Shown: in pieces, positions 9,232 through 18,134 of the stretch
Position numbering within the stretch: position 1 is the stretch's first letter
Layout of the letters: every line of letters starts with the position of its first letter
From: an uncultured Bacilli bacterium
GTDB lineage: Bacteria; Bacillota_I; Bacilli_A; RF39; UBA660
DNA: 64,000 bases
Direction of reading: 5' to 3'
Assembly (NCBI GenBank): GCA_934155005.1
Contig: CAKPGR010000002.1
Location: 21,415-85,414 of the forward strand
Notes under the pieces: model-generated
What the model saw: only the letters and a program-made list of their open reading frames with translations
What the model was told of the DNA's origin: nothing
Databases searched by the model: none
Made by a program: the position numbers and the translations under genes

Positions 9232-10226
9232 TACTTTATTATTGATTTTGAGACTGTTATTACTGGACGAACACCGATACCAGTAAGGCTAACAGTACCG
9301 CTACCCAAACGACCGTCCTTACCCACACTCCACGCACTAGAAGAGTAGCTTATATTCGCATTACTTGTCCAATATCCCCATGTGTCTTGATCAGCATTAT
9401 TTAAACATCCATAGTCTTTACAGTCACTTCTTGTTCTATCATATAGCCAGCCATAATTACTTCTTTTACTTGTATCACTTTGATTACTACTTCCAAAATA
9501 AAACCATGGTTGCCCTATTTTACTTGCATCCCAATTTACATTATTTGATATTTTAGCCACTTCATTTGCTGTGATTAAACGAGCTGCATTTTTCCAGTCT
9601 TTTGTATCATTTTTTAACTGTGTAGCTACTTCTTTCATTTCACTATTACTTTCACTTGAATTCCATGCTACACGAGCTGTTGTATTATGGTCTAATATTA
9701 AATTAACGGATGAAGCCCCTTCTTCATCATTAAATGTATACCATTTCATACATCCACTCTTTGTTCCTGTTGAGCTTACTGATTCACTTTTACTACCTTT
9801 TTCTCCTGTTGTTGGATTATAGTATATAGCTGTTCCATTTTCATATTTCTTTTTTACACTTGATTTTATTGCTTTTCCATTTGTTACTATATAGTTATCA
9901 AACGTTAAATCATATCTTGTTACATTACCTTTACTTATTACTACAACTCCATTACTTGGAGTACTTCCTTTTACTGATATTCCTAAGCTTTTTAATTCTT
10001 CTACTGAATAAGCTCTATCTTTAAACTTACTTGCCGTTGTATCAACTTCATTTATCATTACTTGTTTTTCTATGGCATCTATATAACCTAAAGCTGATGA
10101 CTCTGCTGCTCCTTTTTTAGCTTTTTCTATTACTCCTAATATTGTTGGAGTTGCAATTAATACAATTATTGCTAGTATTACTATTACAGCTAGTAGTTCT
10201 ATTAAAGTAAAACCTTTTTTATTCAT
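9231..10226 (-). CDS. Family member 2: prepilin-type N-module (B) plus DUF1566/Lcl-like Cys-containing C-module (D)
   Basis: MNKKG|FTLIELLAVIVILAII is a class III signal with Glu at +5. C-terminal part has YYNPTTGEK, GCMKWYTF, RLITANEVAKIS, SDCKDYGCLNN, GYWTSNA and GVRPVITVSKSIIK. Preceded by the cassette. Confidence 0.75.
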   Translation of the reverse strand: MNKKGFTLIELLAVIVILAIIVLIATPTILGVIEKAKKGAAESSALGYIDAIEKQVMINEVDTTASKFKDRAYSVEELKSLGISVKGSTPSNGVVVISKGNVTRYDLTFDNYIVTNGKAIKSSVKKKYENGTAIYYNPTTGEKGSKSESVSSTGTKSGCMKWYTFNDEEGASSVNLILDHNTTARVAWNSSESNSEMKEVATQLKNDTKDWKNAARLITANEVAKISNNVNWDASKIGQPWFYFGSSNQSDTSKRSNYGWLYDRTRSDCKDYGCLNNADQDTWGYWTSNANISYSSSAWSVGKDGRLGSGTVSLTGIGVRPVITVSKSIIK

Positions 10227-10359
10227 TTTATCATTCCTTCCTATACAAAAAAAGAGGGTTTTGTACCCCCCCCCCGACTTTGAAATTTTTTTATCTCTCA
10301 GTCAATACTATTATTTTGTTTTACATACTCATTTTAACAAATTAACTATTTTTTTTCAA
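10227..10359 (-). promoter_or_regulatory. Poly-G leader cassette, copy 2
   Basis: -35 TTGAAA at 10354-10359, 17-nt spacer, -10 TAAAAT at 10331-10336, core with one substitution (CAATACTATT), C10 at 10266-10275, GGAAGGA SD, ATG 10226. Confidence 0.7.
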
Positions 10360-10383
10360 GTACTTAATTAGGTTATAAATTTT

Positions 10384-11310
10384 TTAATTTTCTAATATGA
10401 ACATTTCAAGTCCTAATTTCTTATCTACTTTGCCACTTTTTATATTGTAATCTAAATCAGCTAATTTTGATAAATTATTAATTAATTCTTCTAATGTAAA
10501 ATTATTACTTTTAGCAAGTGCTAGTTCAATTGGATATTTTTTTTTGCCTAAAATATTTATCATATCATATATTGACATTCTTTTATTTTTTAGTACTTTT
10601 ACTTGGTATATTAGACGATATTGATTAGCTAGCATAACAATAATTTTAATAGGTTCTTCCCCTCTTTTTATCATTTCATAATAACTTTCTAATGCTTTTT
10701 CTTTATTTTTATTAATAATGTTTTCAATTAAATGAAATATATCAATATCAATAGACTTAACAGTTACATTTATAATATCTTCTCTTGTTATATCGTAATT
10801 TTTATTTTTATATATTTTAAGTTTATTAATTTCTTGTTCTAAAATATATAAATTATCTCCCACTCGATCAATTAAAAAATTAATATCATTCATATTTATT
10901 TTATAATTTCCAAACATGTCTAATACTTCTTTTTGAATATTTGTTTTATTACAATTGATTAATTTTCCTTGTTTTTCCATTAAACTAACTATTTTTTTTC
11001 TACTATCTAGCTTTTCTTCATTACAAATAAATATAATTATATTTTCTGATTTTTCAGTTAAATATTTTTCTAATATTTTAGTATCTTGCTTAGGTTTATT
11101 AGTTGCGCTTGTAAAAATGTAACTATTATTGATAATTGTTATTCTATTATTTGAAAATAAAGATATTGTAAAAGCATCGTCTAATATATTTTTTAAATTT
11201 GATTCCATTAAATCATATTCATTGATATTATACGTTTCAATCTTTTCTGTTATTTTTTTAATATTTTTTTTTATTAAATATTCATCTGTTCCATATAGCA
11301 AATAAAACAT
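10384..11310 (-). CDS. holA: DNA polymerase III delta subunit
   Basis: 308 aa with the N-terminal MFYLLYGTDEYLI typical of HolA, and matching length and architecture. Confidence 0.7.
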   Translation of the reverse strand: MFYLLYGTDEYLIKKNIKKITEKIETYNINEYDLMESNLKNILDDAFTISLFSNNRITIINNSYIFTSATNKPKQDTKILEKYLTEKSENIIIFICNEEKLDSRKKIVSLMEKQGKLINCNKTNIQKEVLDMFGNYKINMNDINFLIDRVGDNLYILEQEINKLKIYKNKNYDITREDIINVTVKSIDIDIFHLIENIINKNKEKALESYYEMIKRGEEPIKIIVMLANQYRLIYQVKVLKNKRMSIYDMINILGKKKYPIELALAKSNNFTLEELINNLSKLADLDYNIKSGKVDKKLGLEMFILEN

Positions 11311-11356
11311 ACTATCACCAAAATAATTATATCAAAAATAGGATAATTTATCTATC

Positions 11357-12754
11357 CTATTTTTTTATTTGAAAATAAAATTTTGTACCTTTATTTTTTA
11401 TTGATTCTACACCATAATTAAAATCATGCATAATAAAGATATTTTTAACTATTGAAAGTCCAAGTCCTGTTCCAACCATATTTCTTTTATGTTTTTTATC
11501 AACTCTGTAATACTTATCCCATATTAAATCTAATTTATCTTTATCTATTCCTTTACCATGATCTATAACTTCAACTTGATAGTAAGTATTATTGTCTATT
11601 AAATTAACAATAACTTTCTTATCATCACCAATATAGTTAGTTGCGTTTCCTATCAAATTATATATAACTTGCCCTATTTTTAGTTTATCAGCTTTTATTA
11701 TGGCTTTTGTACCATTATAAATTATTTTATAATTCATCGTTTCTTCTAAATCAGAAAAACGTTTTGCTACTGTTTCTATTAATTCATTTAAATCGAATTC
11801 TTCTATTTTTAATTCAACAACATTTGATTGAATTTTTGATAATTCAAGAATATCATTTACTAGTAAATTCAAACGATCTGTTTCATCTATGATAGTATTT
11901 AAATTATCATTTCTTTTTTCTTTATTATCATAAGTTAAATCTCTAACCATTTCCGCATAAGCTTTTATCATTGTAAGTGGTGTTTTTAAATCATGAGAAA
12001 CATTAGCTAGAAGTTCTTTTCTAAGTTCATCGGTTTTAGCAAGCTCAGTATTAGCGTCATTTAATGTTTTAGCAAGAGAATTTAATTCATCTATATCTGT
12101 TTTAGGATCAAATTTGATATCATGTCTTCCTTTTGCCATTAATTTAGCTGTATTATTTAATCTAACAATAGGTGATGATATATATTTAGAAATATAATAG
12201 GAAAGTAAAAATGATAAAACAAAAACACCTATTGTAACATAAATTAATTGTCCCGCTAATATTTTAATTGTAGAATTAAGAGGCTCTAGTGATGTATTTA
12301 CTATAACAAAATAATCATCATCTAATTTTAAACCATACATTATAATTTTATTACCTAATTCTCTATTTCTAAGTTTATAAATTGTTTTGTTTGTTGTACT
12401 ATTTATAAGTTCTTCTTTATATTTTAAATAAGAAACATTATTATTTTTACTAATGCATCCACCATTTACGTTATTAGAAGAATATATTTCACTACCTTTA
12501 TAAATTAGATCTATACAAATACCTTGCTTATATGTTATTGAATTAAATAAATCCTCTAAGGAATCATTTTCTTTATACTTTTTAAATACTTGTTTAGCCA
12601 CTTCACTAACTTCATGAGTTTTGACTAATTCATAATAACCATTTAAAAATATAACTTGAAAAAACCATAAGAAAACTAAGATAGCTAATGAAAACATTAT
12701 CATATATAACCATATTTTGTTTCCTAAGCTATTTTTATTTAATTTATATCTCAA
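11357..12754 (-). CDS. Sensor histidine kinase (two TM segments, HAMP, HisKA, HATPase_c)
   Basis: H box LLANVSHDLKTPLT, N box NLIGNATNY, G boxes DHGKGI and GTGLGLSIVK. Overlaps the upstream response regulator by 11 nt. The TTG start is uncertain; ATG 12703 is the alternative. Confidence 0.85.
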   Translation of the reverse strand: MRYKLNKNSLGNKIWLYMIMFSLAILVFLWFFQVIFLNGYYELVKTHEVSEVAKQVFKKYKENDSLEDLFNSITYKQGICIDLIYKGSEIYSSNNVNGGCISKNNNVSYLKYKEELINSTTNKTIYKLRNRELGNKIIMYGLKLDDDYFVIVNTSLEPLNSTIKILAGQLIYVTIGVFVLSFLLSYYISKYISSPIVRLNNTAKLMAKGRHDIKFDPKTDIDELNSLAKTLNDANTELAKTDELRKELLANVSHDLKTPLTMIKAYAEMVRDLTYDNKEKRNDNLNTIIDETDRLNLLVNDILELSKIQSNVVELKIEEFDLNELIETVAKRFSDLEETMNYKIIYNGTKAIIKADKLKIGQVIYNLIGNATNYIGDDKKVIVNLIDNNTYYQVEVIDHGKGIDKDKLDLIWDKYYRVDKKHKRNMVGTGLGLSIVKNIFIMHDFNYGVESIKNKGTKFYFQIKK

Positions 12755-13406
12755 ATTTATATCCTACTGCTCTAACAGTAACAATTAAATTACGATATTT
12801 TCCAAGATTATTTCTAAGCATTTTTATATGAGTATCAATTGTTCTATCATCACCAAAAAAATCATATCCCCAAATATTGCTTAAAAGTTGTTCTCTTGTT
12901 AAGGCAATATTTTTGTTTTTAACAAAGTAAACTAATAAATCGTATTCTTTTGGTGTTAATTTTAAAATTTTATCTTCTATTTTTACATTGTGAGCTTTAA
13001 AATCAATAACTAAATCTTCATATTTAAATATATCATTTGATGTTTTATTTTCTCTCTTTAAAACAGCTTTAATACGCGCTACTAACTCTTTTGGACTGAA
13101 TGGTTTAGTAACATAATCATCTATCCCTAAATCAAATCCTACTAGTTTATCAAACTCTTCAGTACGAGCTGATAATACAATAATTGGTATATCTTTAATT
13201 TTTTTAATTTCTTTACAAGCAGAAAATCCATCTAATTTTGGCATCATTATATCCATAATAATTAAATCAATATCATCATTAAATTTAACAAAGTCAATTG
13301 CTTGTTCCCCATTTTCAGCTTCAATACAAGTGTATGATTCATTTTCTAAATATTCTTTAATAACATTTCTAATCATTATTTCGTCATCAACAATTAAAAT
13401 TTTCAT
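12744..13406 (-). CDS. OmpR-family response regulator
   Basis: Receiver domain MKILIVDDE...DLIIMDIMMPKLDG...KPF, plus a winged-helix C-terminus ending RTIDTHIKMLRNNLG...VRAVGYKFEI. Confidence 0.9.
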   Translation of the reverse strand: MKILIVDDEIMIRNVIKEYLENESYTCIEAENGEQAIDFVKFNDDIDLIIMDIMMPKLDGFSACKEIKKIKDIPIIVLSARTEEFDKLVGFDLGIDDYVTKPFSPKELVARIKAVLKRENKTSNDIFKYEDLVIDFKAHNVKIEDKILKLTPKEYDLLVYFVKNKNIALTREQLLSNIWGYDFFGDDRTIDTHIKMLRNNLGKYRNLIVTVRAVGYKFEI

Positions 13407-13439
13407 AATATCACATCCTTTAAGTATTCTAAATTAATA

Positions 13440-14426
13440 TTATGTATTTTTTGTGAAATCATTAGAATACATAATTTTATTATCATTTGTGTATATCATA
13501 ACTTCTACATTATCAAGTTTATTTACTTCTTTTATAACTTCACTAGGATTTTTCATAAATAAATATTTTGATAAATATAAAAAATAATTTTCATTAGTTG
13601 TAATAATCGTTATACTTTTCATATTGTTAACTAATTTCTTTTCTTTTGTATCAACTATTTTACTATAAATTTTGTTATTATATTTGTAATAATCAGAAGT
13701 ATTAATAGTTGAAATATATTTATTTTTAACATTTATAGTTTTTAGTAGTTCGTTATTGTCAGGATTTATAGTAGCTACTTTATATTTACCATTTGTTTTA
13801 CTTCCAACAATAGATTCATTATCACAAGATATATAGTAGTATTTTATATCATTTTTATCTAATATTTTTTTTATTTCATTTAATATATATGGTGTTTTAA
13901 TATAATCTAAATTAATATTCATATAATTATTATTTATCTTTTTGTCTTTTATTTCAATATTATCTATTGTTTGATTATCTGCTAGCGAGATTTCTATATC
14001 ACTTGGATAACCTGTATTTATAGTAAAATATTCATCAAATAAATCATATAAATTTCCTTTGCTTATATCAATTTTTCCATTTGTTTTATCATATATTTCT
14101 AAGCCTTTATCAATCATATTTACTAATTCTTTATCTAATTTTAACTCTTTATTTTGTAAAAAATTATGTCTTATATAATATAAATTATTAATTCCTTCAT
14201 ATTCGTTTTTGGTATCAGTTAATTTTTCATATTTATTAATTAAAGTTTCTATTTTATTAAATATGGAATCTATATTTTTATTAGTAGTTATTTTAACTGT
14301 TATATTTTTATTTAAATAACTAAATTGTTTTACTTGTTCTTTTTTTACAAAAATAATTTTCATTATAAAAAGAAAAGTTAATAATATTAAGATAGAATAT
14401 ATTACTATATTTAGCTTTTTTTGCAT
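13440..14426 (-). CDS. Hypothetical N-terminally anchored extracytoplasmic protein
   Basis: Single N-terminal TM (IVIYSILILLTFLFIMKIIF), Asn/Lys-rich, no motif recognised. Located downstream of the two-component system. Confidence 0.5.
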   Translation of the reverse strand: MQKKLNIVIYSILILLTFLFIMKIIFVKKEQVKQFSYLNKNITVKITTNKNIDSIFNKIETLINKYEKLTDTKNEYEGINNLYYIRHNFLQNKELKLDKELVNMIDKGLEIYDKTNGKIDISKGNLYDLFDEYFTINTGYPSDIEISLADNQTIDNIEIKDKKINNNYMNINLDYIKTPYILNEIKKILDKNDIKYYYISCDNESIVGSKTNGKYKVATINPDNNELLKTINVKNKYISTINTSDYYKYNNKIYSKIVDTKEKKLVNNMKSITIITTNENYFLYLSKYLFMKNPSEVIKEVNKLDNVEVMIYTNDNKIMYSNDFTKNT

Positions 14427-14471
14427 TTAAATCACCTATCTATATTATATCAAAAAAAAGCCTATTTGGCT

Positions 14472-15473
14472 TTATTTCATTAAATTTTTATATATGTCAA
14501 TTAATTTTTTACCAACTATTTTTGTATCTTTGGAAGTAGCTTTTTTATATCCTTGTTCTTTTAGGCTTTTCTTTTTACCATTTAGAATATCTTTTATTAA
14601 TATTTCAAATTCATCTACATCTTTTGCTTTATATACTTCTTCATCTTTTATAAATTCTTCAAAGACAGGAATATCTCTAACTAATGTTGGTATTTTTGCT
14701 ATTAAAGCTTCTAATATTGGGATACCTTCTGTTTCTTCAAGTGTTGGAAACAAATATAAGTCACTTCCGCTATATGCTTTTCTTATAAAACTTTGATCTA
14801 CATATCCAGCAAATATTAAATTATCTAATTTAGTATTTACAGCATCTTTTATTTCTTTTGGAACTAGATTTAAATCAAGATAACCGAACCATATAAATTT
14901 ATATTCTGGCATTCTTTTTGCAAGTTCAACAAAATCTAAAATTCCTTTTCTTTTTAAATATAAACCTACACCCATAATAACTTTTTCATTATCTTTAAAA
15001 CCATATTTTTTTCTAAATTCACGAGCAAATTCGTCATTATGTTCAAAATATTCAGTATCAATTCCATTTGATATAGCGTATATTGGTCTATTTAAATTAT
15101 AATTTTCAAGTAATCTTTTAGAATATTCAGTTGGTGTTATTATAACATCCCCTAGTTTATAACATTTAGATATCCACCATTTAAAAAGTGGCGCTACTGC
15201 ATTGGAAAATTTAAAAGAATTTTTAAAATCTTCTTCTGTTGAATGAGCATGATATACAACTTTCTTTCCTAATCTCTTAGCCTTTTTAGCGAGAAAATAA
15301 CTCTTAAGTAAATACCAATTTATATGAACAATATCAACATTTTTAATTTCCTTAGGATCTAATGTATATTCAACATTATTTCTCTCTAAAGCATTTATTT
15401 GATGTTTAACAGCTTTACCTAACCCTGACTTTCCAACAGTTTTAAGTCCTTCTGTATATAATAATACCTTCAT
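14472..15473 (-). CDS. GT-B (family 4-like) glycosyltransferase, possibly a glycolipid synthase
   Basis: MKVLLYTEG...GLGKAV N-terminus and an EX7E-type motif (PTLEETEGIPILEAL). Start set at ATG 15473 (AAAGGTGA SD); the track start at 15518 is an extension. Confidence 0.7.
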   Translation of the reverse strand: MKVLLYTEGLKTVGKSGLGKAVKHQINALERNNVEYTLDPKEIKNVDIVHINWYLLKSYFLAKKAKRLGKKVVYHAHSTEEDFKNSFKFSNAVAPLFKWWISKCYKLGDVIITPTEYSKRLLENYNLNRPIYAISNGIDTEYFEHNDEFAREFRKKYGFKDNEKVIMGVGLYLKRKGILDFVELAKRMPEYKFIWFGYLDLNLVPKEIKDAVNTKLDNLIFAGYVDQSFIRKAYSGSDLYLFPTLEETEGIPILEALIAKIPTLVRDIPVFEEFIKDEEVYKAKDVDEFEILIKDILNGKKKSLKEQGYKKATSKDTKIVGKKLIDIYKNLMK

Positions 15474-15501
15474 TTTATCACCTTTAAGAATTATATCATA
15501 T

Positions 15502-15723
15502 CTAAATTGTATTAACAAGAATTACATCTTTGCCTATTTTTCTTACTTGACGCCAGGCAATTTCAATTATATTTTGATTTGCAAAAAAATTAAATCTACT
15601 TTTTTGAACAACTAATGATTTCATATTTCCATTATCATCTATAATTACATCTATAATATTGCCAATTTTCGTTCCATTTTCAATATCAACTATATCTTTA
15701 CTTTGTAAATCAGATAAACGCAT
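15502..15723 (-). CDS. ylmC: YlmC/YmxH-family PRC-barrel sporulation protein
   Basis: MRLSDLQSKDIVDIENGTKIGNIIDVIIDDNGNMKSLVV is the typical family N-terminus. ATG 15723 has a GGTGA SD; the track start at 15804 is an extension. Confidence 0.75.
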   Translation of the reverse strand: MRLSDLQSKDIVDIENGTKIGNIIDVIIDDNGNMKSLVVQKSRFNFFANQNIIEIAWRQVRKIGKDVILVNTI

Positions 15724-15763
15724 ACAATCACCTATATAATTATATTCATATTTATTATTAATT

Positions 15764-15959
15764 TTACGAATCTTTAATTTTAATAAAATGTTTATATATT
15801 CCAATATCTCCTATTGATCTAGTTAAAAAATTAATGAATATTAAACTACCACATACAATAATTGCATCTATACCAATAGAATTATTAAAAAAAATCAACA
15901 TTATCAGTTAAATTCATCAATATAAAACTTATAAGGATTGAAATAAAATCATTCATCAT
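15764..15959 (-). pseudogene. Small membrane-protein ORF interrupted at a T8 run (frameshift or sequencing error)
   Basis: ATG 15959/15956 reads MMNDFISILISFILMNLTDNVDFF then stops. The adjacent frame continues NNSIGIDAIIVCGSLIFINFLTRSIGDIGIYKHFIKIKDS to a stop at 15764. The run lies at 15887-15894; one base fewer would fuse the frames. Confidence 0.3.
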
Positions 15960-15988
15960 AACACCTATTTCTAATTATAAAAAAAATA

Positions 15989-16762
15989 TTAAAGAATCAT
16001 TTTTTTAATATTTTCAATACCGCTTTTTTCTAGTCTAGATATTTGGGCTTGTGATATTCCAATTTCTTCTGCTAGTTCTAATTGTGTTTTTCCTGTTATA
16101 TATCTTTCTAAAATAATATACTTTTCTTTTTCTTTTAATTTATTAATAGCATCTTTAAGCGATATTCTTATATCGTTATCATAATTATTTTTTTTATCTT
16201 CAAGTTGATCACATAGATATATAGTATCTCCACCATCACTATAAATAGGATCAAACATACTAAGAGTATCTCTCATTGAATTTAGAGCATTAACAACTTC
16301 TATTTCATCAATTTCTAAGGCTTTTGCAATCATTTTTACTGTTGGCTCTTTACCATATTTATTAGTTAATTCTTCTTTTACTTTCAAAGCTTTATAAGCT
16401 ATATCTTTAATCCCTCTTGATATCCTAACACTTGAATTATCTCTTAAATATCTTCTTATTTCACCTAATATCATTGGTACAGCATATGTAGAAAATTTGA
16501 CATCAAAAGATAAGTCAAAATTATCTATTGCTTTTATAAGACCAATACATCCAACTTGAAATAAGTCATCCATATTATCAGTTCTATTATTATATTTTTT
16601 AAGTATTGATAAAACTAATTTTAAATTTCCGTTTACTAATTCATCTTTTGCTAAAATATTTCCATTTCTATATTCTAAAAATAATTTATTCATCTCTTCA
16701 CTACTTAAAACCTTAATACTCGCAGTGTTCACGTTCGCAATTTCTACCTTGTGACGTGCCAT
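15989..16762 (-). CDS. sigG: Sporulation sigma factor SigG (SigF/G group)
   Basis: Collinear with my recollection of B. subtilis SigG: MARHKVEIANVNT..., LVNGNLKLVLS, DDLFQVGCIGLIKAIDNFD, KFSTYAVPMILGEIRRYLRDN, GISQAQISRLEK. Confidence 0.85.
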   Translation of the reverse strand: MARHKVEIANVNTASIKVLSSEEMNKLFLEYRNGNILAKDELVNGNLKLVLSILKKYNNRTDNMDDLFQVGCIGLIKAIDNFDLSFDVKFSTYAVPMILGEIRRYLRDNSSVRISRGIKDIAYKALKVKEELTNKYGKEPTVKMIAKALEIDEIEVVNALNSMRDTLSMFDPIYSDGGDTIYLCDQLEDKKNNYDNDIRISLKDAINKLKEKEKYIILERYITGKTQLELAEEIGISQAQISRLEKSGIENIKKMIL

Positions 16763-16833
16763 ATATTCTCCTTTCTATCTAATTATGAATATAGATTGAA
16801 AAAATATTCAAAAAAAAGATGAATTTTTTTATT

Positions 16834-18012
16834 TCATCTTTTAATTATCTCTTTTACTTTATTTAATTGATTTTCTAATTCATCCATTTCAGCTATATTA
16901 GTTTCAAGTGACTTAAATTCTGACTCTATATCTATTATTTTTTTTATATATTCATATTGAATAGTATATTCTGATTCTAATGTTAATGTTAGGTTTGATA
17001 AAATGCAATTGTTTTTAAACTCTTTCATTTTATTAAAATATTCTTGACTTAAATATTCTAATTTTTTTATGGCTTTCTTTTTATTTTCACAATCTATATT
17101 CAATTTTTCTACGTTATCTTTTGTTTCTATTACAAGTTTTAGCACTCTATCTTTCACTACTATATTTTTTGGTTCTATACTTTCTGACTTTATATTTTCT
17201 GATTCTATTTTTGGAGTAGTAATGTATTGACATAAATCCATTTTAAAAGTGCTATTTAAAAATTTAGACATATTACTATTTTCAAAATCTCCGTTATTAA
17301 AATAATCATCACAAAGATATTCTATTCCAGAAAAAAGAATTTTTTCACTAATCATGATATTTTCATTTTCATCAACAATCCATTTAACTGGTTCAACTTT
17401 CATCCAAACTTCAACATTTTTATCATTAAATGAGCCATCATTACTACGAATTTTAGCGTTGTGAAGAACAACCCTTACATATTTTTCTTTTTTATATTCA
17501 TATACATCAAAATAAGGGTAGTTAATTTTAAAAGTTCCATCTATTTTTTTTAAAAATCTAAGTTTTCGTTTCTTATAAAGTTTTTCTAGTTTATTATGAA
17601 GTGGAGGATAAATTTGATGTTGTGGATAAAAGCCATATTCTACCTCAATAACTCCGTCATCTGCTCTTTTAATTATCCCGTCATTTGTAGGAATATTGTC
17701 TATTGATAAAATTTTTAAGGCTGGACGAACTCCTGTCCCATAAGGTATGTAAAAATTATGATTAGGTCCTAAGCCTCCTAAATTATCAATAGAAATAAAC
17801 TCTCCATTCTCAGTTAAATCACTTGTTAAATATTCTCCCTTTCTACTTTCAAACTTTTTATTTTTAGTTTTATCATAATTATTAAATAAATCTTCTAATC
17901 CTAAAAATACAGAAAAATCTGTTGATGTTGCTATTACTCCTCTTTTTTTTAAAACTTCTAATTTGTTAGGGCCATATAATTGCTCTAGTCTTAAAAGCGT
18001 AAATTCATTCAT
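16834..18012 (-). CDS. Hypothetical protein, no signal peptide, C-terminal coiled coil
   Basis: 392-aa intact ORF. The N-terminal region ends in YGTGVRPALKILS, reminiscent of the GVRPVITV end of the D-module. The C-terminal half is Lys/Glu-rich and helical. Confidence 0.5.
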   Translation of the reverse strand: MNEFTLLRLEQLYGPNKLEVLKKRGVIATSTDFSVFLGLEDLFNNYDKTKNKKFESRKGEYLTSDLTENGEFISIDNLGGLGPNHNFYIPYGTGVRPALKILSIDNIPTNDGIIKRADDGVIEVEYGFYPQHQIYPPLHNKLEKLYKKRKLRFLKKIDGTFKINYPYFDVYEYKKEKYVRVVLHNAKIRSNDGSFNDKNVEVWMKVEPVKWIVDENENIMISEKILFSGIEYLCDDYFNNGDFENSNMSKFLNSTFKMDLCQYITTPKIESENIKSESIEPKNIVVKDRVLKLVIETKDNVEKLNIDCENKKKAIKKLEYLSQEYFNKMKEFKNNCILSNLTLTLESEYTIQYEYIKKIIDIESEFKSLETNIAEMDELENQLNKVKEIIKR

Positions 18013-18134
18013 AAAAACACCTCTTTTTGCTCTGGTATTATAACACCTTTTTCCCTATTTATCAATTTTTTTTGACTTATTCCTATTGTAAAAAAATTAA
18101 AATAAGTGTACTATTTAATTCAGAGGTAAATTAT

